From: Bacteroidales bacterium | GTDB taxonomy: Bacteria; Bacteroidota; Bacteroidia; Bacteroidales; FEN-979 | Reading direction: 5' to 3' | Length of the DNA: 64,000 nt | NCBI GenBank assembly: GCA_035505995.1 | Contig: DATJQF010000230.1 | Coordinates: 194 to 64,193, forward strand | Shown: piece by piece, positions 10,180 to 17,024 of the stretch | Numbering within the stretch: position 1 is the stretch's first letter | How the letters are laid out: each line of letters starts with the position of its first letter | Translations under genes and position numbers: made by a program | The notes under the pieces: generated by a model | The model's input: only the letters and a program-made list of their open reading frames with translations | Databases searched by the model: none | What the model was told of the DNA's origin: nothing

Positions 10180-11280
10180 TCTTAATCCGTAATCCGTAAT
10201 CCGTAATCCGTAATCCGTAATTACTTTCCCCGCCAGCTGTCCGCAGGCTGCATCAATATCCCCGCCCCTGCTTTTTCTCAAATTTACGACGAGATTCCTT
10301 CTTTCCAGCTCCCGCCGGAAAGCTTCAACCCTCAGGGGATCGGGCTTGCGGTACCCGGACCCTTCCACCGGGTTATATCCGATCAGGTTGATCTTGACCG
10401 GGAAGCTGCGGCAGAATGCTGCCAGTTCTTTCGCATCTTCAACGGAATCGTTGAATTCACGGAACAGGATGAATTCGATGGTGAATCGCTTCCCGGTAAC
10501 TTTATGATAATACTTCATGGCCTCCGAAAGGGACTCTACCGGGTATTTCCGGTTTACGGGCACGATCCGGTTCCTCTTTTCATTGTTGGCGGTATGAAGT
10601 GAAAGGGCGAAATGATACCGGGGCCGGTCATCCGCCATTTTACGGATCAGGTCAGGGATGCCGACACTGGAAACCGTGATCCGCTGCGGCGACATACCCA
10701 GCCCCCCGGGCGAAGTGATCTTCTCGATCGCCAGCTTCACCTGCTCATAGTTCAGCAGGGGTTCTCCCATTCCCATGAAGACGAGGTTGGACAAGGGGTT
10801 CGCTTCCGGCATGCGGGGACGGGCTTTCCCGGTCAGCCCTTCTTCCCCTGCCGAAAGACAGGACACCTGGTCGAAGATCTCTCCCGCGGTCAGGTTCCTC
10901 CGGAACCCTAACCGGCCCGTAGCGCAAAAGACGCATCCCAGCGGGCAGCCCGATTGCGACGAGATGCAGGCAGTATGCCGGGAGCCGGAAGGAATAAGCA
11001 CGCTTTCGGTCAGGTTCCCGTCGTCTGTCCGGAAAGCCACTTTTAAGGTGCCATCCCGGCTTTTCTGAATGTGTTCAGGATGTAAGGCAGGAAAACTAAA
11101 ATGATCGCCGAGCTCCCGGCGGATCTCTTTCGGCAGGTTGGTCATTTCGGAGAACGACCGCGCGGATTTTTTCCACAGCCATTCGGAAACCTGCCGGGCA
11201 TGAAAGCGGGGCTTATTCCTCGCGGAGAAAAAATCCCCGATCTCTTCAACGGTAACCTGCCGGATATCGGGCTTTACCAT
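10162..11280 (-). CDS. rlmN: 23S rRNA (adenine2503-C2)-methyltransferase, radical SAM
   Basis: CISSQSGCPLGCVFCATG radical-SAM cluster and DIDAACGQLAGKV near the C-terminus. The last ~20 codons (ITDYGLRITDYGLRMTNDQ) are encoded by tandem heptamers. Confidence 0.9.
   Translation of the reverse strand: MVKPDIRQVTVEEIGDFFSARNKPRFHARQVSEWLWKKSARSFSEMTNLPKEIRRELGDHFSFPALHPEHIQKSRDGTLKVAFRTDDGNLTESVLIPSGSRHTACISSQSGCPLGCVFCATGRLGFRRNLTAGEIFDQVSCLSAGEEGLTGKARPRMPEANPLSNLVFMGMGEPLLNYEQVKLAIEKITSPGGLGMSPQRITVSSVGIPDLIRKMADDRPRYHFALSLHTANNEKRNRIVPVNRKYPVESLSEAMKYYHKVTGKRFTIEFILFREFNDSVEDAKELAAFCRSFPVKINLIGYNPVEGSGYRKPDPLRVEAFRRELERRNLVVNLRKSRGGDIDAACGQLAGKVITDYGLRITDYGLRMTNDQ
10184..10218. repeat. heptanucleotide tandem array (AATCCGT)x5; minus strand (ACGGATT)x5
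   Basis: Five perfect units, translated as ITDYGLR ITDYGLR at the rlmN C-terminus. Separated by 4 nt from the first array. Confidence 0.95.
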
Positions 11281-11834
11281 TCATCCTTCTTTATCACTTT
11301 CGGTTTCATTCCCTCTTTCAGGCTGTGGATCAGGGCCTGCATGGTCGTGTCGGTCTGGTAAAGATAGGAAGCCCAGTTGGGGTTAAAGGCAGGATCGTTG
11401 ACGTTCATCCATTTCTCGATCGGGTACCGGCTGGCCGACTTCAGGTTGAAATCCGTCAGGGTGTACCGGTATTTGTTCTCCTTGAACTCCACGCGGATAT
11501 CATACATGATCACGCCTGCATCCCGGGTAAGCCCGTCATCGTCCTTGTAATAGATCTTGAATCTGCCCTCTCCTTCCAGCTTTCCGTTCACCTTATCCTG
11601 GACCCTGAACACACTGGTCGGGCTCAGGTAATATTGCCGGAACCATTCCGCCCCGCGGTCATACAGGACATCCTTGGTCCCTTGCTGGTCCACGACTTCC
11701 CGGTACTGGATCAGCTTGGTATCCGGATCCACCGGAAGCTTGGGCATCGACTCGGCCCCCGGGATCTGCTCCTGTGCACAGGCCACCCGGAACAGGAACA
11801 AGGCCGGAAATATCAGTAAAAAGCTGCGCATCAT
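11274..11834 (-). CDS. secreted protein, DUF4468-like (TBP-like fold), function unknown
   Basis: 186 aa with an N-terminal signal peptide. The pattern resembles DUF4468 family proteins, recognised from memory only. Confidence 0.45.
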   Translation of the reverse strand: MMRSFLLIFPALFLFRVACAQEQIPGAESMPKLPVDPDTKLIQYREVVDQQGTKDVLYDRGAEWFRQYYLSPTSVFRVQDKVNGKLEGEGRFKIYYKDDDGLTRDAGVIMYDIRVEFKENKYRYTLTDFNLKSASRYPIEKWMNVNDPAFNPNWASYLYQTDTTMQALIHSLKEGMKPKVIKKDEW

Positions 11835-11958
11835 GACTCAGGTGTATTGATCTCTGCAATTTTACAATATATCGGGACAGCTTATTCAGGGGTTCCCTAA
11901 ATTTTTTTCCACACAAATAATAACACCCCAACCCCGGAAAAAGTATAGCGCCCGGGCA

Positions 11959-11983
11959 TAAAAAAACCCCGGATGATCCGGGG
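11959..11983 (-). terminator. rho-independent terminator downstream of groEL
   Basis: Stem CCCCGGA/TCCGGGG (11967-11983, 3-nt loop) followed on the minus strand by a U-run (A8 at 11959-11966 on plus). Lies 23 nt after the groEL stop. Confidence 0.8.
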
Positions 11984-12005
11984 TTTATAAAGTTTGCGGG
12001 AAGGT

Positions 12006-13652
12006 TTAGTACATATCTCCCATTCCGCCGCCGTACCCGCCGGGTCCGCCCATCGGCATCTTGGGTTCCTTTTCTTCCTTGTGGGTCACGATCACGCATT
12101 CGGTCGTAAGGATCATGCCGGCAATAGACGCGGCATTTTCCAGGGCGATGCGGGCCACCTTGGTCGGATCAATGACACCGGTTTTCAGCAGGTTCTCATA
12201 CTGCTCGGTGCGTGCATTGAAGCCGAAATCATCCTTTCCTTCCTTCACTTTCTGAGCTACCACGGAACCATCCAGTCCCGCGTTTTCCACGATCTGGCGC
12301 AGGGGTTCTTCGAGCGCCCTCTTCACGATGGAAATGCCGGTGTTCTCGTCGTCATTGTCGCCTTTCATCTTTTCGATGACCGGGATGGCGCGGATGAAAG
12401 CCACGCCTCCGCCCGGGATGATCCCTTCTTCAATGGCGGCGCGGGTTGCATGCAGGGCATCGTCGAACCGGTCCTTCTTTTCCTTCATTTCCACTTCGCT
12501 GGCAGCGCCGACGTAGATCACGGCCACTCCGCCGGCCAGTTTTGCCAGCCGTTCCTGGAGCTTTTCACGGTCGTAATCGGAAGTGGTCGTGCCGATCTGT
12601 GCCTTGATCTGGTTCACCCGTGCCTCGATGTCGGATTTCTTTCCCTTGCCGCTGACGATCGTCGTGTTATCCTTGTCGATGGTCACCTTTTCCGCTTCAC
12701 CCAGGTACTGGAGCGTGGTGTCTTCCAGCTTGTATCCTTTTTCTTCGGAGATCACCATGCCTCCGGTCAGGACTGCAATGTCCTCCAGCATTTCCTTTCT
12801 CCGGTCGCCGAACCCGGGAGCCTTTACGGCCGCCACCTTCAGCGATCCGCGGATCTTGTTGACTACCAAAGTAGCCAGCGCTTCCCCTTCCACGTCCTCG
12901 GAGATGATGATCAGGGGACGGCCCGTCTGCACGACTTTCTCCAGCAGCGGAAGCAGATCCTTCATCACGGAGATCTTCTTGTCGTGGATCAGGATATAGG
13001 GAGTTTCGTACACGGCCTCCATTTTCTCGGTATCGGTAATGAAATACGGAGAAATATATCCGCGGTCAAACTGCATCCCTTCCACAACTTTTACCGTGGT
13101 CTCAATACCTTTTGCTTCCTCGATGGTGATCACGCCTTCCTTCTTCACCTTGCCCATGGCCTCGGCGATCATCTTCCCGATGAACGTATCGTTGTTCGCC
13201 GAAACGGAAGCTACCTGTTCGATCTTCTCTACGCTGTCGCCGATCTTTTTGGTTTGCTTTTTCAGGGTCTCTATGACTTCTGCAACGGCTTTGTCGATCC
13301 CTCTTTTCAGATCCATCGGGTTGGCGCCTGCCGTTACGTTCTTCAGCCCGGTCGTAAAGATCGACTGGGCCAGTACAGTTGCCGTGGTGGTTCCGTCGCC
13401 GGCGAGCTCGCTGGTCTTGGAAGCCACTTCCTTCACCAGCTGGGCGCCCATGTTCTCGATCGGGTCTTTCACTTCCACTTCCTTGGCTACGGTGACGCCG
13501 TCCTTCGTGATGACGGGTGCTCCGTATGATTTTTCAATGATCACATTGCGTCCGCTCGGACCCAGGGTCACCTTCACTGCATTGGAAAGCTCATCCACAC
13601 CTTTTTTCAGAGCTTCTCTTGCCTTTATGCTAAACAGAATGTCTTTTGCCAT
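12006..13652 (-). CDS. groL: chaperonin GroEL
   Basis: [15 protein letters not shown]...[12 protein letters not shown]... with a GGM-type tail [14 protein letters not shown]. The alternative ATG two codons upstream (13658) is possible. Confidence 0.95.
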   Translation of the reverse strand: MAKDILFSIKAREALKKGVDELSNAVKVTLGPSGRNVIIEKSYGAPVITKDGVTVAKEVEVKDPIENMGAQLVKEVASKTSELAGDGTTTATVLAQSIFTTGLKNVTAGANPMDLKRGIDKAVAEVIETLKKQTKKIGDSVEKIEQVASVSANNDTFIGKMIAEAMGKVKKEGVITIEEAKGIETTVKVVEGMQFDRGYISPYFITDTEKMEAVYETPYILIHDKKISVMKDLLPLLEKVVQTGRPLIIISEDVEGEALATLVVNKIRGSLKVAAVKAPGFGDRRKEMLEDIAVLTGGMVISEEKGYKLEDTTLQYLGEAEKVTIDKDNTTIVSGKGKKSDIEARVNQIKAQIGTTTSDYDREKLQERLAKLAGGVAVIYVGAASEVEMKEKKDRFDDALHATRAAIEEGIIPGGGVAFIRAIPVIEKMKGDNDDENTGISIVKRALEEPLRQIVENAGLDGSVVAQKVKEGKDDFGFNARTEQYENLLKTGVIDPTKVARIALENAASIAGMILTTECVIVTHKEEKEPKMPMGGPGGYGGGMGDMY

Positions 13653-13701
13653 TTTCATTAAGTATTTAAGTTAGACTTTCATTTTTCCTGGTACTTGCGG
13701 A

Positions 13702-13989
13702 TCAGATAATGGCTACGATATCCGATTCACGCATGATAAGGTAGTTGTTCCCGTCGATCGTGATCTCCGACCCGGAATATTTTCCGTATAATACCACGTC
13801 GCCTACCTTTACCGTCATGGGTTCGTCTTTTTTGCCGGTGCCTACCGCTACGACCGTGCCTTTCTGCGGTTTCTCTTTCGCAGTATCCGGTATGATGATG
13901 CCCGCAGCTGTTTTTTCCTCGGCCGGTGCCGGTTCGACTAATACCCTGTCGGCCAATGGTTTAATCTTCAATTTTGCCATAGTATTCAT
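13702..13989 (-). CDS. groS: co-chaperonin GroES
   Basis: [13 protein letters not shown]...GTVVAVG...[11 protein letters not shown]. The start could instead be ATG 13980 (MAKLKIKPL). Confidence 0.9.
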   Translation of the reverse strand: MNTMAKLKIKPLADRVLVEPAPAEEKTAAGIIIPDTAKEKPQKGTVVAVGTGKKDEPMTVKVGDVVLYGKYSGSEITIDGNNYLIMRESDIVAII

Positions 13990-14107
13990 GAATTTGGTTA
14001 AACAAATAATATTTTTCAGTGGAATGGTGGGGGTATGTCATATATTGTGCCACAGAAAAAAAAGTTAACGACCTGGACATTTTTACAGTAATACGAAAAT
14101 TTAAGGG

Positions 14108-14150
14108 AAAAAAAATGTCAGAATATTCTGACATTCTGACATTCTGCCTG
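14108..14150 (-). terminator. rho-independent terminator downstream of secG, built from ATTCTGAC octamer repeats
   Basis: Perfect 18-bp palindrome TGTCAGAATATTCTGACA (14116-14133) followed on the minus strand by T8 (14108-14115). Two more direct ATTCTGAC-like copies (to 14150) allow alternative hairpins. Confidence 0.6.
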
Positions 14151-14159
14151 TATCGTATC

Positions 14160-14498
14160 TTACTTGTGCGGTTGTGCCGGAGGTGCCTGGAAATCCTTCA
14201 CAGGTTGAGTCTTCGCATTATCGACCTGTTTCTTGATCTCGCTTTCCTGAACCGCGGTAGTTCCCTGGTTCTTCGGGATCACGAAAATGGAAAGGAGGCT
14301 TAAGCAGAGCAGGACAACGGCCAGGGTCCAGGTAGATTTTTCAAGGAAATCAGCGGTTTTCCTCACCCCCATGAACTGGTTCGAAGAGGAGAAGTTGGAG
14401 GCAAGGCCTCCTCCTTTGGAATTCTGGACCAGCACCACCAGGACCAGCAGCACGCAGGTGATAAGGATCAGGATCGAAATTAAAATGTAAATTCCCAT
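14160..14498 (-). CDS. secG: preprotein translocase subunit SecG
   Basis: MGIYILISILILITCVLLVLVVLVQNSKGGGLASNF is a canonical SecG N-terminus. The track ORF starts 9 codons upstream, inside a G-rich spacer. Confidence 0.8.
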   Translation of the reverse strand: MGIYILISILILITCVLLVLVVLVQNSKGGGLASNFSSSNQFMGVRKTADFLEKSTWTLAVVLLCLSLLSIFVIPKNQGTTAVQESEIKKQVDNAKTQPVKDFQAPPAQPHK

Positions 14499-14514
14499 AA
14501 CGTTAGTTGTTTTA

Positions 14515-14534
14515 CCCCCACCCAACCCTCCCCC
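14515..14534 (-). other. G-quadruplex-type motif GGGGGAGGGTTGGGTGGGGG on the mRNA-sense strand
   Basis: Four G-tracts of >=3 with loops of 1-2 nt, in the spacer between the upstream ORF stop (14559) and the secG ATG (14498). Confidence 0.6.
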
Positions 14535-14558
14535 AAATGGGGTATGGCCGGGAGCGGG

Positions 14559-15257
14559 TTATCTCAGTTTTTCAATTTGGCCTGCAAAGTAACGGCTTTT
14601 TTCCGGATAAAGCAAGCTCAGCTTCTCATAAATCTTGATGGCTTTCAATTTGTTCCCCTGTTCACTGTAAAGGCGGGCCAGGGTTTCGCTGATGATCTCT
14701 TCCTCATCCTCATTGCTCCGGATGGCATTTTCGGACGGATTAAAGAAGGTAGCCCTGGGGGCGGAGATCCGGGGCTCTTCCCGGATGAATTTCTCGATGA
14801 TCTCCGCTTTGGTCGGTCCCGACCCAACGGACTCTTCCCGATATGGAGAAAGCAATTCCTCCGGGAAATCTCCGGTCAGCGCCGGCCAGTCGGCGGTCAC
14901 TTCGGCAGGTTCCGGGGAAGGCTCATCGGGGATCACCGTAACCGGAGTGCCCGTTTCCATGACCGGAAGCTGTTCTTCCGGTTCCGGTGCTGCCACTGGC
15001 TCCGCCGGATGCACCAGGTTCTGCTGGAACCGGTCGAACAGGAGCTTCAGTTTTTTACGGCTCGGGGCATACGCTGCCGCTTTCCGGAACTGTGCGGGGA
15101 AATCCAGGTCGTCCTCACGGAAAAGTCCCAGCGCCAGCAGCACCTGGGCCGAGGAGCAGTAGGGGAACCGCTCCACCATCCCGCGAATCATATCCAGCCC
15201 GGTCTTTTCCATCCGGTCCGGCTGATTTAATATGCGGATATATTCCTGGCGGTTCAT
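14559..15257 (-). CDS. hypothetical protein (acidic/proline-rich linker, TPR-like C-terminus)
   Basis: 232-aa ORF in an operon-like array between lptE-like and secG. I recognise no family with confidence. Confidence 0.5.
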   Translation of the reverse strand: MNRQEYIRILNQPDRMEKTGLDMIRGMVERFPYCSSAQVLLALGLFREDDLDFPAQFRKAAAYAPSRKKLKLLFDRFQQNLVHPAEPVAAPEPEEQLPVMETGTPVTVIPDEPSPEPAEVTADWPALTGDFPEELLSPYREESVGSGPTKAEIIEKFIREEPRISAPRATFFNPSENAIRSNEDEEEIISETLARLYSEQGNKLKAIKIYEKLSLLYPEKSRYFAGQIEKLR

Positions 15258-15262
15258 GGATA

Positions 15263-15790
15263 TTACCAGTTTACCATCGTGCGGTTGAAAATATCCTGGA
15301 CCAGCTCATCGGTGATCTCTTTGATCAACCCGTCCTGGACCGCCGACAGGTTCTGGGAGCTGGGATAGTCGGAATACCTTGAAAAAGCAACCGATTCAAA
15401 ATCCTGCTTGGGATTCTTCCGGTTGGTGAATTTAACCGTTACCGTGATGGTCAGACGGTTCAGGGCAGCGGTTTCGTTGCCCTGGATCGCCGTCGGTTTC
15501 ACGTCGTAGCCGGTAATGGTCCCTTCGATCGTCAGGTCCCCGTTATGGTCCACCAGCATCAGGTTGGTCTGGGAGGTGAAATAGTCACGCAGCGCCTCTG
15601 TAAAGCTCCGGCTCAGGGTGGTGACCACCAGCGGGGCATTGTTCGGGAAATAAGGGATAGCGACCGTTTTAACATCGGGGGAAACGGACGCCCCGGTGAA
15701 GGAATAGTTCACTTTGCAGGAACCGAGGAACAGCATCATCGTCGCCAGCAAAAGGATTCCGTAGGCTGCCGGCCGGTTATTCGATATGAT
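15263..15790 (-). CDS. lptE: LptE-like LPS-assembly lipoprotein (start codon uncertain)
   Basis: Lipobox LFLGSC followed by an LptE-like mature region (~150 aa). The 5' part of the track ORF (to 15982) overlaps the upstream bEBP gene and is Arg-rich junk. Candidate starts are ATG 15847, ATC 15790 / ATA 15787, TTG 15751 and ATG 15739. Confidence 0.55.
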   Translation of the reverse strand: MISNNRPAAYGILLLATMMLFLGSCKVNYSFTGASVSPDVKTVAIPYFPNNAPLVVTTLSRSFTEALRDYFTSQTNLMLVDHNGDLTIEGTITGYDVKPTAIQGNETAALNRLTITVTVKFTNRKNPKQDFESVAFSRYSDYPSSQNLSAVQDGLIKEITDELVQDIFNRTMVNW

Positions 15791-16997
15791 ATTCCTTGAT
15801 CTTGCGGTAAAGCGTTCTTTCTGATATGCCCAGTTCTTTGGCCGCATCTTTTCTTTTTCCGTCGTATTTCTGAAGGGCTTTCCGGATAAAATCGATCTCC
15901 TTTTTCTCCAGGGAGAGGGATTCCTCCACTTCCTCATGTTCCGCGATCGGCTCCGGCGCCACTTTGTCGGAAGGAGCGACAATGACCGGGGCTTCCCGTT
16001 CGTTATCTTCTCCCATCCCTTTGTACAGGCGCTGGATCAGGTGGGTGTTTTCCGCCACCTTCGATTGGGAGATCTCGCTTTGCATCAGGTTCCCGACCAG
16101 TTGCTTCAGGTCGTTCACATCCTTCTTCATATCGAAAAGCACCTTGAAGAGCAGTTCCCTTTCCGTAAAATGACCCGGTTCACTTCCTTTGTACAGGACC
16201 GGGAGATCGGTCATGGGCCCCTGGGGCAGGTATTTCATCAGGGTATCGGCCGTGATGATCCGGTTCTTTTCGATGATGGAGATCTGTTCGGTAATGTTTT
16301 TCAGTTGCCGTACATTCCCGGGCCACCGGTAGGCGGTCAGGGTCTTTACGGCATCCTCATCCAGCTGGATCGGGGGCATCCGGTATTTTTCGGCCGCATC
16401 CGATGCAAATTTCCGGAACAGGAGATGGATATCTTCTTTCCGGTCGCGCAGGGGCGGGACGAAGATGGGAACGGTATTCAGCCGGTAGAACAGGTCCTGC
16501 CTGAATTTCCCCGCCGAGATGGCATCGGGGATGTTCAGGTTGGTGGCCCCTACGATCCTGACATTGGTCTTCAGCACTTTGGAAGAACCGACGCGGATGA
16601 ATTCCCCGCTCTCGAGTACCCGCAACAGCCTGACCTGCGTGGCAGCCGGCAATTCCGCCACCTCATCGAGGAAGATCGTACCCCCGTTCGCGACCTCGAA
16701 ATATCCTTTCCGGGCTTCGTGAGCGCCGGTGAAGGATCCCTTCTCATGTCCGAACAGCTCCGAGTCGATCGTCCCTTCGGGGATGGCGCCGCAGTTAACG
16801 GCGATGTAAGGGCCGTGCTTGCGGGAACTGAGCTGGTGAATGATCTTGGGAAAAAATTCCTTCCCCGTTCCGCTCTCCCCCGAAATCAGCACCGTGATGT
16901 CCGTGGCGGATACCTGCCGGGCAATATCGATCGCCCGGTCGAGCAGGGCGGAGGTACCGATAATTCCGAACCGTTGTTTGATCGCAAGGATATCCAT
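15777..16997 (-). CDS. sigma-54-dependent transcriptional activator (AAA+ plus Fis-type HTH, no sensor domain)
   Basis: ISGESGTGKE Walker A, GAFTGA-like ...EKGSFTGA..., the GTIFLDEV Walker B region and a C-terminal HTH ISERTLYRKIKEY. Only ~25 residues precede the AAA+ core. Confidence 0.85.
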   Translation of the reverse strand: MDILAIKQRFGIIGTSALLDRAIDIARQVSATDITVLISGESGTGKEFFPKIIHQLSSRKHGPYIAVNCGAIPEGTIDSELFGHEKGSFTGAHEARKGYFEVANGGTIFLDEVAELPAATQVRLLRVLESGEFIRVGSSKVLKTNVRIVGATNLNIPDAISAGKFRQDLFYRLNTVPIFVPPLRDRKEDIHLLFRKFASDAAEKYRMPPIQLDEDAVKTLTAYRWPGNVRQLKNITEQISIIEKNRIITADTLMKYLPQGPMTDLPVLYKGSEPGHFTERELLFKVLFDMKKDVNDLKQLVGNLMQSEISQSKVAENTHLIQRLYKGMGEDNEREAPVIVAPSDKVAPEPIAEHEEVEESLSLEKKEIDFIRKALQKYDGKRKDAAKELGISERTLYRKIKEYHIE

Positions 16998-17024
16998 CTG
17001 GCTCCGGCTTTCTTACTATACAGG

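Noticed and set aside
10131-10218. The tandem arrays as a CRISPR array or a transposon terminal repeat.
   Set aside because: The units are 7 nt with no spacers, and no cas or transposase genes are nearby. They are plain microsatellite-type arrays.
14040-14056. TGGCAC on the minus strand upstream of groES as a sigma-54 -24 element.
   Set aside because: No TTGC -12 element follows at the required 4-5 nt spacing (the sequence is TGGCACAATATATGAC).
14116-14133. The perfect 18-bp palindrome upstream of groES as a CIRCE/HrcA heat-shock operator.
   Set aside because: The sequence TGTCAGAATATTCTGACA does not match the CIRCE consensus (TTAGCACTC-N9-GAGTGCTAA). It is followed by a T8 run on the secG strand, so an intrinsic terminator for secG is the simpler reading.
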